The notes under the pieces are model-generated. The model saw only the letters and a list, made by a program, of their open reading frames with translations, had not been told where the DNA came from and did no database searches. The position numbers and the translations under genes are program-made. DNA of 64,000 nucleotides. Origin: Anaerolineae bacterium (GTDB lineage: Bacteria; Chloroflexota; Anaerolineae; Anaerolineales; E44-bin32). The stretch spans positions 3,642 to 67,641 of the forward strand of contig BTQZ01000007.1 of NCBI GenBank assembly GCA_036986135.1, read 5' to 3'. Below are positions 29,356 to 39,939 of the stretch, piece by piece; the first letter of the stretch is position 1, and the number at the start of each line of letters is the position of its first letter.

Positions 29356-29555
29356 TCACGACTCCCGTCAGCCCAGAGCCGGTTCACATGCATGAAGTAT
29401 CGGATGATCAAAGCGGCCTTTATGAGCGCGAGGATGAATAATCCCGCTACCGTACCCGAGATGGAGGCCAGATAAAACTCCACCGCGGTCAGCACGGCCA
29501 ATATAAGAAAGACGATGACCCCCATTCGGTATGCTGCCCGCTTCTTGTCATTCAT
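29352..29555 (-). CDS. Cytochrome c oxidase subunit IV
   Basis: LAVLTAVE...KAALI..YFMH; position in operon. Confidence 0.87.
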   Translation of the reverse strand: MNDKKRAAYRMGVIVFLILAVLTAVEFYLASISGTVAGLFILALIKAALIIRYFMHVNRLWADGSRE

Positions 29556-29568
29556 CTATGGTCGCCTC

Positions 29569-31449
29569 TCAATCCGCCGCCGAGCTAGCGGGGCCCAGGC
29601 GGATGTAAACTGATTCGGGTTCAGCGTAGTCATAAGGCTCACCGGTGACCACAGGCGGCTGAGCGTAGCTGTGTTCTGGAATCGGAGAAGGGATCTGAAA
29701 TTCTGGCGAGCGCGATTGCCACGGATTGGCAATGGCCACCCTTCCTCGGACGGCGCTGATAATGAGATTAGCCAAGAAGACCAACATAGAGAAGCCTATC
29801 GTAAATCCGGCGATCGTAATCAGCAGCTGGCCCTGCTCGATACCCAAAGCCGGGTCCCAATCGGCTATTCGGCGGCGCATCCCCAGCAGTCCGACGCGGG
29901 CCATGGCCAGGCTCTGCAGCCAGAACGCGGGCGTCATCAGCCAGAAATGCAGTTTGCCAAGCCCCTCGTCGTACATGCGGCCCGTGATTTTGGGGAACCA
30001 GTAGTAGATAGCGGCAATGAAGGGGAAGATGAACCCGCCAAACATAGTGGCGTGGAAATGGCCAACAATGTAGTAGGTGTCGTGAAGGAAGAGATCCGTT
30101 ACGCTCACCCCGCTGGGTGGCCCAGTAAGACCGCCAATCAGGAAGATGGAAATAGCGCCCAACACAAAGAGCATCGGGGTCTGGAAGCTGATCTTGCCGC
30201 CCCATAGCGTAGCTACCCAGCTGAAGAACTTTACGCCGGTGGGCACGGCAATCAGCATCGTGGTGACCATAAAGGGAATCCGCAGCCCCTCGAGCATGCC
30301 GGAAGTGAACATATGATGGCCCCAGACCAGGAAACCCATCAGTGCAATGGCCATACTCGACAGCGCTACCCACTTGTATCCAAACAACGGCTTGCGGGAG
30401 AAGACCGGAAGCAGCTCGCTAATAATGCCCAACCCGGGGAGAATGAAGACATACACTGCCGGATGCGAGTAGAACCAAAACAGATTCTGAAACAACAGCA
30501 CCTGTCCAGCGGGGGATCCGATTGCCGCCGCCCCCGGAGTTAGTTCGGGGCTGAAGAAGGTCATACCTAGAGCACGTTCGGCGCTGACCATCAGGAACGA
30601 AAGCGCGATGAACTGGGTAGCGGTAAGGGCAATGATGCTGGTAGCCATGACGGACCACACAAAAATTGGCATGCGAAACAGGCTCATTCCTGGTGCGCGG
30701 AAGTGCAGCACGGTCACGACGACGTTGATCGATCCCACAACGGAAGACAGCCCGATTAGAAATACGCCGAGCAGGACAAACTGCATCCCCAGTGGGGCGT
30801 TGATGCTCAGCGGCGCATAGGCCGTCCAGCCGGTGTCCCACCCGCCAACGTACATACTGGAAGCCACCAGAATTGCGCCCGGCACGTTGATCCAGAAGCC
30901 GAAGGCATTCAGGCGCGGGAAAGCCATGTCCGAGGCCCCGATAAGTAGCGGGGTCAAGTAGTTCGACATGGCGCCCACTCCCACAAGGATGGCGGCAATC
31001 ATCGCGATCCCGTGGGTGCTCATGATGGTGTTGTAAGTGTGGTTATCGAGGAACTGCAGACCTGGAGAAGTCAACTCCATACGGAAAGTGAGTGCCAGCA
31101 TGCCGGCCAGAAATAGCAGCGCCACCGAGGTGACTCCGTATTGGATTCCGATTACCTTGTGGCTGTAGTCCACTCCAAAGTAGCGGGTCCAAGATGGCCT
31201 CCCCTCGGGAGGCCCGTGGCGCAGCGGGGTTTCAATCCCACGCATCCACTTGAACCAATCCGTCAAGGCTCCCACGCCGATCATGAAGCCCATGGCTCCA
31301 ATCAGGATGCCAACGACGATGGCCCCCTCCTTAACCTCGAGCGTCAGTCCCATCGCGGCTCTAACGGCCACGGAGACGCCAATGCCCACTGCCGTGCCGA
31401 TGAGCTGGCCGGCCAGGCCTCGGACGATGCCTAATGAAAGTATCGTCAT
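29569..31449 (-). CDS. coxA: Cytochrome c oxidase subunit I (A2-type, N-terminal extension)
   Basis: HKVIG, DMAFPRLN, GWTAY, FWFYSHPAVY (YS motif of type A2), WGHHM, HFH, GMRRR. Confidence 0.96.
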   Translation of the reverse strand: MTILSLGIVRGLAGQLIGTAVGIGVSVAVRAAMGLTLEVKEGAIVVGILIGAMGFMIGVGALTDWFKWMRGIETPLRHGPPEGRPSWTRYFGVDYSHKVIGIQYGVTSVALLFLAGMLALTFRMELTSPGLQFLDNHTYNTIMSTHGIAMIAAILVGVGAMSNYLTPLLIGASDMAFPRLNAFGFWINVPGAILVASSMYVGGWDTGWTAYAPLSINAPLGMQFVLLGVFLIGLSSVVGSINVVVTVLHFRAPGMSLFRMPIFVWSVMATSIIALTATQFIALSFLMVSAERALGMTFFSPELTPGAAAIGSPAGQVLLFQNLFWFYSHPAVYVFILPGLGIISELLPVFSRKPLFGYKWVALSSMAIALMGFLVWGHHMFTSGMLEGLRIPFMVTTMLIAVPTGVKFFSWVATLWGGKISFQTPMLFVLGAISIFLIGGLTGPPSGVSVTDLFLHDTYYIVGHFHATMFGGFIFPFIAAIYYWFPKITGRMYDEGLGKLHFWLMTPAFWLQSLAMARVGLLGMRRRIADWDPALGIEQGQLLITIAGFTIGFSMLVFLANLIISAVRGRVAIANPWQSRSPEFQIPSPIPEHSYAQPPVVTGEPYDYAEPESVYIRLGPASSAAD

Positions 31450-31494
31450 GCGTGTGCTCCTCGCACGAACCCGCGCCTATCAGTCGTTTGCATA

Positions 31495-32502
31495 CTAATT
31501 TCCCAGGCTGCGAATGTACGCGATCAAAGCGTCTATTTCTGTCTGGCTGAACGTGTCCCCATAAATCTTGGGCATCAGATTCGGCAAGAAGCCGTCCACA
31601 ATCTGGGCATTGGGGTCAAGGATCGATTTCAACAAGTAGTCCTCATCGACGAGAACTTCCGTACCGTCTTCTAGAATCTCCTCCGAACCGAACAATGCTA
31701 GCCAACTCGGGCCCACGGAGGGACTTCCATCTGAGCTATGGCAGGCCACGCACCCATTCAGCTCGGCCAATTGCTTACCGCGATCCGCGGGGCTGAGCGC
31801 GCGGGAGTCGATCTGTGCGGCAATCCAGGCGTCGAATTCCGCCGGCTCCATCACCGTTACCGGGGTAAGCATATTGGCGTGGTTCAGGCCACACAGCTCA
31901 GCGCAGCGGACCGTGTAGCTGCCGGACAAGGTGGGCTTGAGTCGTAAGGTAGTGGTGATTCCAGGTACGATATCCTGTTTTAGGCGAAATTCCGGGACCC
32001 AGAAGGAATGGATCACATCCAGGGAATTGAACTCAAAAAGAACCTGACGTCCATTTGGCAGGTACAGCTCGCTTGAGCTGACACCGAATTCCGGATAGTC
32101 GAAACGCCACGACCACTGAGCGGCCGTGACTTCCACCACCATCTCGTCGGCCTCAGCCTCCAGCGTGTCGCCCAAATAGACTGCGCCCAGTCCTGCAAGC
32201 AAGAGCACGATCCCCAAAGGAATGACGGACCAGACGATTTCCAAAACCGAATTTCCGTGGACGTTGGCTCCAGGCTCATCGTCTCCTTTCTTACGACGGA
32301 AGACGACCGCGCTGTAGAGCATGATCACAATGATCAGGGCAAAGAAGAAAGCGATCACAAATGCGTAAATCGAGAAGAGCTGATCCACGTAGGCGCCCTC
32401 TTCGCTCGCAAGAGTTGGCAGAATGTTCTCGGGACCCAGCAATAATCCCACAGCAGCCGTGACGATGGCAATCAGTATCACTACCGCCAGCAAATGCCTC
32501 AT
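31495..32502 (-). CDS. coxB: Cytochrome c oxidase subunit II fused to cytochrome c (caa3 type)
   Basis: DVIHSFW, CuA motif CAELCGLNH..M, heme-c motif CVACH. Confidence 0.96.
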   Translation of the reverse strand: MRHLLAVVILIAIVTAAVGLLLGPENILPTLASEEGAYVDQLFSIYAFVIAFFFALIIVIMLYSAVVFRRKKGDDEPGANVHGNSVLEIVWSVIPLGIVLLLAGLGAVYLGDTLEAEADEMVVEVTAAQWSWRFDYPEFGVSSSELYLPNGRQVLFEFNSLDVIHSFWVPEFRLKQDIVPGITTTLRLKPTLSGSYTVRCAELCGLNHANMLTPVTVMEPAEFDAWIAAQIDSRALSPADRGKQLAELNGCVACHSSDGSPSVGPSWLALFGSEEILEDGTEVLVDEDYLLKSILDPNAQIVDGFLPNLMPKIYGDTFSQTEIDALIAYIRSLGN

Positions 32503-32772
32503 GCGGCCTTCCTCTCCTGCCCTACGCCAGGCTCGTACGGGTCAATCAACGACCCCACGCTGATGCCAACAACCTGTCTGAGCGCGGCTGTTTTTGCCCT
32601 GCGATCTATTTGAATTGGATCTCGTCCCCACTGGGGAAGTCCCTCGCCGACCGGGGAACAAGCGCCCCATTGTGCCGGAACTAACGCTTAAGGTGCACGG
32701 ATTCAACGTCACTTCTCCAATCATGTTGGCTCGTCGTCGGGCAAGGGGCTTGCGATCAGAGCCTCCCCGCAC

Positions 32773-33864
32773 TCAGACTTTTAGCGAGTCTCTGTCGGGC
32801 GAGTAGGGGAGCAGATTCAGCTCCGGTGTCTCGCCCGCTACGATCTGTCTCACCAGGTCGGCGGTAATCGGCGCCAACAGGATCCCGTTACGGAAGTGTC
32901 CGGTGGCGATGACTAGGTTGGGGAGTTCGGCGGAGGGCCCGATGAGGGGCAGATCGTCCGGCGTTCCTGGGCGGAGCCCGGCCCAGGCGCCAGCAAAAGT
33001 GGAGGTCTCAAGCACAGGGGAGATCTCAAAAGCTCGCCTCGAGACCGTCCCCAGGCCTTCGGGAGTATTGGAGAGGTCGAAGCCGACATCCTCAACCGTC
33101 GCCCCCAGCATGGTTTGGGTGTCGCCCTTTGGGACGATGTATCCCCTTGGCGAGTGGATCACGTGCTTGAAGTAGGAGCCTTCGACAGAATAGGCTTGTC
33201 CCCGCCTGGGCTTAACCGGCACATTCCAGATCTGCCCCGACCATGCGCCGGCGGCCAGCACGACCCAATCCGCTTCGTAGAGTGTCTCTCCGGCGTTGAC
33301 TCCCGTTACGCGTCCGCTGCGACTTTCGACCGAAGTCACCTCGGCCTGTTCGAATGTGGCTCCAGATTGATGCGCAGCGCGGACGAAGGCCTGGGTCAGG
33401 GCCGTGTTATCGACCCATGCATCGTTGGGAGAATAAAGCGCCCCAGCAATCTCGGGGTTGAGGTTTGGCTCCAACATCAGAGCCTCTTCGATGGAGGCCT
33501 CTTCGAGTTCGACCCCCTCCTCGCGATTCACTCGCAGGGTGCCCTCCAGCGATGCCAGATCATCATCGTTGAAAGCGAGGATTAGCTGCCCCTCCTGGCG
33601 GAAATACACGTGCTCCCCAACTGCCTCTTGCAGCTCTTGAATAATGGCTGGGTAGAAATCGCGGCTCTTCTGTGCCAGCACCCGCAGCGGTTTGGGCATT
33701 GTGTCGGGCCGGCCATGAAAGCTGAGCACGCCGAGCGCGGCCTGGGAGGCCTCGCTGCCGGGAGCGGACCGATCCAAGATCGTTACGTTGAATCCGGCCT
33801 GGGCCAGCCGCCAGGCGCTTGCAGCCCCGATGATCCCGGCGCCGACGATGAGTACGTCAGTCAT
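32773..33864 (-). CDS. FAD-dependent glycine/D-amino acid oxidase (ThiO/DadA family)
   Basis: GAGIIG, WAGLRP, GHFRNGILLAP. Confidence 0.9.
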   Translation of the reverse strand: MTDVLIVGAGIIGAASAWRLAQAGFNVTILDRSAPGSEASQAALGVLSFHGRPDTMPKPLRVLAQKSRDFYPAIIQELQEAVGEHVYFRQEGQLILAFNDDDLASLEGTLRVNREEGVELEEASIEEALMLEPNLNPEIAGALYSPNDAWVDNTALTQAFVRAAHQSGATFEQAEVTSVESRSGRVTGVNAGETLYEADWVVLAAGAWSGQIWNVPVKPRRGQAYSVEGSYFKHVIHSPRGYIVPKGDTQTMLGATVEDVGFDLSNTPEGLGTVSRRAFEISPVLETSTFAGAWAGLRPGTPDDLPLIGPSAELPNLVIATGHFRNGILLAPITADLVRQIVAGETPELNLLPYSPDRDSLKV

Positions 33865-33936
33865 TTATTCCTGCGGGAGATGTTCTGCAGCGTACTAATC
33901 GGGGGAATGGCTACCATAGAGTGATTCCCGGCACAG

Positions 33937-34653
33937 CTACACCCAAAGCGCTTTCTCGAGATCGGTAAATTCCTCCGCCGGTCCGTCGAATTTGTTTCGG
34001 CCCAGCTCCAGAACGTATACGTAGTCTGAGATCTTGAGCGCTTGCCGGATCTCCTGATCCACAAGCACGATGGTAAGACCCTCGACATCCCTGAGATCGA
34101 CCAACATCCGATAGACCTCTTGGCTGAGCAGCTTCGCCAGCCCCGCCGTGGGCTCATCCACCAGGATGAGCTTAGGGTCGGTCATGAGCGTGCGCGCGAT
34201 CTCGACCATGCGCTGCTGTCCGCCGGACAGTTCGCCGGCAGTTTGTTTGCGTTTTTCGATCAGGGCCGGGAAGCGCTCGTAGTTCTCCTCGACTTTTCGT
34301 TTCACGCGCTTCTTGTCCTTGCGAAAGGTCCACCCTCCCAGCACCAAATTTTCCTCAACCGACATGAAGGGGAAGATCCCCGTGTGTTGTGGGATGTACG
34401 AGAGCCCGCGGTTGACGAGCTCGTGCGTAGGTTCTCCAACAACATCCTCGCCCTCAAGCAGGATCTGTCCCCCGTTGGGTTTTAGGAATCCATAGATGCC
34501 CTTCAGCAAGGTCGACTTTCCGACCCCATTGGCTCCGAGGATGCAGGTTAGCTTGCTGGTTTGGGCGCGGATATTTACGCCCTGTAGGATGTTGAGGTCC
34601 TTGTAGTAGCCGACGTAGAGGTCCTTGACCTCCAACATGTACCCGTTATCCAT
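33937..34653 (-). CDS. HAAT-family ABC ATPase (LivF-like)
   Basis: GANGVGKS, LSGGQQRM, DEPTAGLA. Confidence 0.92.
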   Translation of the reverse strand: MDNGYMLEVKDLYVGYYKDLNILQGVNIRAQTSKLTCILGANGVGKSTLLKGIYGFLKPNGGQILLEGEDVVGEPTHELVNRGLSYIPQHTGIFPFMSVEENLVLGGWTFRKDKKRVKRKVEENYERFPALIEKRKQTAGELSGGQQRMVEIARTLMTDPKLILVDEPTAGLAKLLSQEVYRMLVDLRDVEGLTIVLVDQEIRQALKISDYVYVLELGRNKFDGPAEEFTDLEKALWV

Positions 34654-35398
34654 CCCCCGGTTCCTCCAGCTCTTCCTCTTCCTCCTCTTTGCCCAGATAA
34701 GCCTCGATCACGACCGGATCCCGCTTGACATCCGCCGGATCGCCGTCGGCGATGACTGCGCCAAAATCTAGCACCACCAGCCGCTCGCTCAGTGCAAAGA
34801 TGGATTCCATGTCATGGCTGATCAGGAGGATGGCTTTGCCATCTTTGCGTACTCTTCGAATGTATTCGTAAATAGTTTCCTGCAACTTGGGGTGAACGCC
34901 GGCAAACGGCTCATCCAAGATGATGAAATCGGGCTTCATCATCAAAAGCCGGCCGAGCTCCAGCAGCTTCTGTTGACCGCCAGAAAGACTGCCGCCCTCG
35001 TCGTTAGCGAGATGTTCGATGGTGAGGAACTCCAGGATCTCTTGAGCCTCCCGAACGCGCTCGCGCCGATCGGCGGTGGGGTGGATGGCCATGGCCGGCA
35101 CCAGCATGTTCTCCATCACGGTCATGCGCCGGAAGGCCCTGGTGACCTGAAAGGTGCGACCGATGCCACGGTGTGCGATGTGGTAGGGCGCCATGCCATC
35201 GATGCGCTCCCCATTGAACCAGACAGTACCGCTGGTTGGGCTGTATGCACCGTCGATGATGTCAGTTAGTGTGGTCTTGCCCGCGCCATTCGGGCCGATC
35301 AGCCCCACAAGTTGGGGCTCGTCGATCTTGAGATTCACGCCGTTCAAGGCCTTCACCCCGCCGAAGTTCATGTGGATATCGCGCAGTTCAAGCTCCAT
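34646..35398 (-). CDS. HAAT-family ABC ATPase (LivG-like)
   Basis: GPNGAGKT, RTFQ, DEPFAG, VIEAYLG. Confidence 0.92.
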   Translation of the reverse strand: MELELRDIHMNFGGVKALNGVNLKIDEPQLVGLIGPNGAGKTTLTDIIDGAYSPTSGTVWFNGERIDGMAPYHIAHRGIGRTFQVTRAFRRMTVMENMLVPAMAIHPTADRRERVREAQEILEFLTIEHLANDEGGSLSGGQQKLLELGRLLMMKPDFIILDEPFAGVHPKLQETIYEYIRRVRKDGKAILLISHDMESIFALSERLVVLDFGAVIADGDPADVKRDPVVIEAYLGKEEEEEELEEPGDG

Positions 35399-35445
35399 GG
35401 ATCAACCCCCAGGCCTCCGGCAAAGGGAGATGTGATTCAAAAGGC

Positions 35446-36468
35446 TCATGCCGGCTCACTTTCGCTCGGCAGCTTACGCTTCGCTACGGTCTCGGCCAGC
35501 GCCTCTTCCCGTCGCAGGACATATTGGAGAACCGGATGAAGCAGACCGTTTTGGAAGAAGCGCAACGTCAGCATCAACAGCAACCCAAAGACCACCAAGC
35601 GCCAATTCAGCAGTGGGCGCATGATCTCCAGTCCGAATTGAATGAGGATGGCGCCGAAGGCGGCCGCGATCAGACTCTCGATCCCACCGATCACCGCCAT
35701 CGTGATCACAATGCTCATCTGCAGGATCAGAATAACGTTGGGCGTGATGATCTCCACATAGTGGAATTGCACCGCGCCCGCCAAACCAGCAATCATGGAA
35801 GTCACGACAAAAACGAAGATTTTGTAACGAACCACGTGCACGCCGAGTGCCGCAGCGGCCTCCTCATCTTCGCGGATGGATCGGAAGAACAGCCCGAACC
35901 GGGATCTGACCAGCGCGTACATGAAAGCCAATCCAAACACCAGCAGCGCCAGGTGTATGTAGTAGGCGGGCACCTTGGAGGTGGTGTTGACCAAGGGAAC
36001 CATCGAGAGCCCATCGGGACCTTCGGTGATGCGATGCTCAGCCATCAATACCAGGCGAAGGATCTCAGAGAAAGCGATGGTGAACAGCGCCAGGTAGGTA
36101 CGCCTAAGCCGAAGGGTCAATGCGCCGATGATGAAGCCGAACACTCCGGCCAGAAGAGTCCCAAGGATAATGCCGGGCACGACACCCACGGCCATATATT
36201 GGCCCAGGAGCCCAGCCGTGTATGCGCCGATCGCCATAAAGGCCATGGTTCCAAACGAGAACTGTCCGGCATATCCGGCCAGCAGCGACCAACTTGCGGC
36301 CAGAATCGCGTAATACATGGCCACAATGGAAACGTGGAACCAGTAGGGAGGCACGCCCAGGGCGATCATCAATACCGGGGCAAAGATGGCAAGGATCAGC
36401 AGTCCGCCTAGAGGAACCGCGACTCGCAGGTCGGCACTTCGGATGCGGGCTATGGTTCGGGAACTCAC
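35446..36468 (-). CDS. HAAT-family ABC permease (LivM-like)
   Basis: GYAGQFSFG, YLALFTIAF, IREDEEAA..LG. Confidence 0.92.
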   Translation of the reverse strand: MSSRTIARIRSADLRVAVPLGGLLILAIFAPVLMIALGVPPYWFHVSIVAMYYAILAASWSLLAGYAGQFSFGTMAFMAIGAYTAGLLGQYMAVGVVPGIILGTLLAGVFGFIIGALTLRLRRTYLALFTIAFSEILRLVLMAEHRITEGPDGLSMVPLVNTTSKVPAYYIHLALLVFGLAFMYALVRSRFGLFFRSIREDEEAAAALGVHVVRYKIFVFVVTSMIAGLAGAVQFHYVEIITPNVILILQMSIVITMAVIGGIESLIAAAFGAILIQFGLEIMRPLLNWRLVVFGLLLMLTLRFFQNGLLHPVLQYVLRREEALAETVAKRKLPSESEPA

Positions 36469-37391
36469 AGCTTTCTCCCGAACAGACCTTGGGGCCGGAT
36501 CAAAAGCACTAGGGCGAAGATGACCAAGCCAAAAGCGCTCTGGTATGCAAGGCCGCGACTAGGATCGGGGAAGCAGCCGGTTCCCAATGACTCCACCGCC
36601 CCGACGATCAATCCGCCTATCAGTGCACCCGGGATGGAGCCCATGCCGCCTAGCACGATGACGACGTAGGACTTGGAGGCGGCAGGGACACCGACGTTGA
36701 AGGTCCAAGAGAAGACCTGCACCAGCGCCGCGCCCGACATGCCGGCTAGGGCCGCGCCGAGCCCGAAGGCGAAGTTGTTCATACGCAGCGGGTTGATTCC
36801 GGTGACGGCCGCGGCGTCCTTGTCCTGGCTGACGGCCCTCAAACCGCGCCCGGTCCAGGTTCGCTGGATAAACCAAAGCAGGATTGCGATCAGGACCAGC
36901 GCGATAACAGCCGCCACAACGCGGGTCGAATAGACGGTTACGACTCCAAATAATGGCTTAATGATCAAATCGACGAAGCGGCTAGCCTTGAATGGGAACG
37001 GGCCGATGATGGCGACGGTGAGGTATTGCAGGAAGAAGGCGAATCCGAAGGTTACCAGGATGGCATACTCGCCAGGTCTCTGTACTTTCCCCTCGTGCAT
37101 GGGGCGCAGGAAGAGCCGCTCAAAAATGGCTCCAATGATGAAGGTAGCAATCCCTGCGGAAGCTATTGCGATGATCGGATTAAGGCCGGCAAAAAAGTCT
37201 AAAAGGAAGAAGGCCACAAACCCACCGATCATGTACAGCTCGCCGTGGGAGAAATTCACGATGCCCAGCACAGAGAAGATCAGGGTCAGTCCGAGGGCCA
37301 TTAGGGCGTAGATGATGCCCATCACGAGCCCGTTGGTAAGCAGGGTTGCGAGGTAGGCAATCGACTCGATGCATTGGTCAAAAATCAGCAT
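36465..37391 (-). CDS. HAAT-family ABC permease (LivH-like)
   Basis: YALMALGLTLIF, NFSHGE, RAVSQD, LGGMGSI.GA, RPQGLFG. Confidence 0.92.
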   Translation of the reverse strand: MLIFDQCIESIAYLATLLTNGLVMGIIYALMALGLTLIFSVLGIVNFSHGELYMIGGFVAFFLLDFFAGLNPIIAIASAGIATFIIGAIFERLFLRPMHEGKVQRPGEYAILVTFGFAFFLQYLTVAIIGPFPFKASRFVDLIIKPLFGVVTVYSTRVVAAVIALVLIAILLWFIQRTWTGRGLRAVSQDKDAAAVTGINPLRMNNFAFGLGAALAGMSGAALVQVFSWTFNVGVPAASKSYVVIVLGGMGSIPGALIGGLIVGAVESLGTGCFPDPSRGLAYQSAFGLVIFALVLLIRPQGLFGRKL

Positions 37392-37465
37392 CTTTGCGTT
37401 CCTTCTGATCGATGGTGGGATGCAAAGGAGGGGTTGCCCCCTCCTTTGCATTTAGAGCGTGCGCC

Positions 37466-38845
37466 CTACGGTCTGACGATCGCTCCCTCGCTCGTGCGGT
37501 AAGTAGCGGGCCAAATGACTTCAATGTCATCCGAGCTCTGTCCGGTTTCTGTGTACTGTAGGAACAGCAGCGGGACTTCAGGCCACTGGTGCCACATGTA
37601 GGCCGGTTGGCCGGCATCCGCAGGCGTATTGCCGCTTCCGTATGGGAAGGTGTAGCGACCTGCGGCGCCCTCGAAGTCGGTCTCCTCCAACGCAGCGATG
37701 ATCGCATCTGGATCGAGCGACCCCGCGCGGTTGATGGCGTCCGCCATGAGGTTCAGCGAGTCATAGGCCTCGAAGGCGTAAGCCTCCGGGAAGCGGCCCA
37801 TGCGGGCCCGGTACACCTCTGCAAAGGCCAGCCCGGTTTCGGTCGCGGAAGATGCCCACGGCCCGATCCTGGGAACAACTGCAAAGTTGCCGTCCGGTAC
37901 GTTCTGCCAGAACTCATCGTGGTTTAGTGCGACCTGATTGGCGACCACGATGGTCTGGCTGATGTCGATCCCACCCTCATACAGCTGCTGCTGCAGATTG
38001 TAAGAGGTCTCGCCGGTCACCTTGATCAAGATGGCGTCCGGGACCGTGTCCAGCGCATTGATACGCGTCACGACTGAACTGAAGTCCTGGGTCGGAAGAT
38101 CGGCGAAGAAAGTTTCGTGGGTTAGGCCATACTCCGGGAACCACTTGTCGGCCTTATCGACCTGTCCCTGTCCATAGCCGGTGTTCTCGGCCACGATCAC
38201 GACGAACATTTTGCCGTCGCCATTGTAGTCACCGACCTCCGACAGCCACTTACCGTCCATTTGGGCCGTGAAGGTGGAGGTGGGGGCGATGCGGAAGACC
38301 TCCGGATAGCCAACGCCGGTGATGTCGTCGTTGTAGGTCTCGGCGAAGATGGTGGGGACGTGGTATTTGTTAGCCACCTCTTTCATCGTGAGTCCGACCG
38401 CACTGTGGTACTCGCCCACGACTGCCACGACGCAGTCCTGCGTGATCAGGCGCTCCATCACCGCGGTTCCACGCTCTGGCAGGCCCTCCGTGTCATTGAG
38501 GATGATGTTGATGGGCTTGCCGAGCACGCCGCCGGCTGCATTGATCTCATCTTCCGCGATGCGGAAGGCCGCCTGCATCACCAGGCCGCCGGTGACAGAA
38601 CCGGGGGCGGAGAGCGGTGCGGTGGCGCCGATCTGGATGGTCTCGACGTCGGCGACATCCATCGGAGCGCAGCGGCCGGGGACGGCCGTGACTTCCACTT
38701 CCACAGTAGTGGATTCGCCCGCGACCTCGACGATCTCCGTAATTACCACTTCCTCTACAATCGTTTCTGGCGTGGGGGTCGCACAGGCTCCCGCCAGCAG
38801 CGCTACGGTTGCTATCGCGAGCGCCCAAATAATCTTTCGATGCAT
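37466..38845 (-). CDS. HAAT-family substrate-binding lipoprotein
   Basis: Lipobox AGAC, E/V-rich linker, INAAGGVLG, GEYHS; AGGAG RBS. Confidence 0.92.
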   Translation of the reverse strand: MHRKIIWALAIATVALLAGACATPTPETIVEEVVITEIVEVAGESTTVEVEVTAVPGRCAPMDVADVETIQIGATAPLSAPGSVTGGLVMQAAFRIAEDEINAAGGVLGKPINIILNDTEGLPERGTAVMERLITQDCVVAVVGEYHSAVGLTMKEVANKYHVPTIFAETYNDDITGVGYPEVFRIAPTSTFTAQMDGKWLSEVGDYNGDGKMFVVIVAENTGYGQGQVDKADKWFPEYGLTHETFFADLPTQDFSSVVTRINALDTVPDAILIKVTGETSYNLQQQLYEGGIDISQTIVVANQVALNHDEFWQNVPDGNFAVVPRIGPWASSATETGLAFAEVYRARMGRFPEAYAFEAYDSLNLMADAINRAGSLDPDAIIAALEETDFEGAAGRYTFPYGSGNTPADAGQPAYMWHQWPEVPLLFLQYTETGQSSDDIEVIWPATYRTSEGAIVRP

Positions 38846-38926
38846 GTTACTCCTCCTCTAGTTCGGATACGTTCAGGATGCGGGGTCTAGACATCTCTAC
38901 ATAAACTCCCTCCTTCAGGATTCGCG

Positions 38927-39919
38927 TTAGCCGACGGGAAGTTGGAGCTGCCCGTCGGCCACGATCACTCGCTCGTCAAGCACTGCAGTTGGTCGATACA
39001 TCACCATGTCGATGTGGACCGCGCTCTCGATTTCGCCGCCGTAAAACAGGTTGTCGCCTAATGCGGCATGGACGTTGCCGCGGGCCTTCTTTTCCTCTTG
39101 AAAATGGCCGTTTCTACGAGAGAGCGGATTCAAGCCGATGCCAAATTCAGCCAGGTTGTCGGCGTCAGTTATCTTTTCGATTACGCTGCGCAGCCCTACG
39201 GCTTGAGTGGTATCTCCCTCGATGCTTACGATCTTCCCGCCTTCCACTTTCAGCGACACCGGTCGCACCGGCAGTCCAAAATGAGCCATGGGACCGTCGA
39301 TCACCAAGACCCCCTCCGCCGATCCGGTCGAAGGCATTTGGGATACTTCGCCGTCCGAGAAAGCAGCTTCCTGGCCCGGCTGCGTGGCAAAGCCGCATTC
39401 CACGATCACGTCCTCGTCGTTGATGCTGGCCCGAACGTCGGTGCCAGCTGGAGTCGTGATGTGAATGCGTTCGGCGGATCGCCACAGCTCGGCCAGCCGC
39501 TGGCCTTCCTCGTGCAGTGCGTCGTAGTCAGCACGCGCTGCACCACGCGTGAACGTGTCGATGTCGCGCATCACCATCGACATGCCGCGCAGCTTGCGCG
39601 CGTCGTAGAGTTCTTTGACTACCCGAGCGTAGGTCGGTGCGCCAGAAGCGCCGGTAAGCCCAATTAGACAATCGGCGTGCTGCAACCCAGCTTCGACCAC
39701 CGGACCGAGCTCATTCTTGCGGGTCAACTCGCGGGTGGGCATAGTGAGCACCGTAAATTCCCCGCCCACGCTCTCCACTACGCCCGCCAGAGCGTTGGCC
39801 ATGGCCATTTCGGAGTGCGGATCGCATACGATGGCCACCTGTTCGCCGGGTGCAACCGCTAGCAGGCGACGTACGATCAGGTCTGCGGAACGGGTGAGGT
39901 CGATACTGGTGGCGTCCAA
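38927..39919 (-). CDS. M29-like (thermophilic aminopeptidase superfamily) metallohydrolase
   Basis: TPAGTD, DGEV, AEFGIGLN, EEK..GNVH.ALG, HIDMV. Confidence 0.82.
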   Translation of the reverse strand: MDATSIDLTRSADLIVRRLLAVAPGEQVAIVCDPHSEMAMANALAGVVESVGGEFTVLTMPTRELTRKNELGPVVEAGLQHADCLIGLTGASGAPTYARVVKELYDARKLRGMSMVMRDIDTFTRGAARADYDALHEEGQRLAELWRSAERIHITTPAGTDVRASINDEDVIVECGFATQPGQEAAFSDGEVSQMPSTGSAEGVLVIDGPMAHFGLPVRPVSLKVEGGKIVSIEGDTTQAVGLRSVIEKITDADNLAEFGIGLNPLSRRNGHFQEEKKARGNVHAALGDNLFYGGEIESAVHIDMVMYRPTAVLDERVIVADGQLQLPVG

Positions 39920-39939
39920 GGTCTAATCCTCGCCTATCA

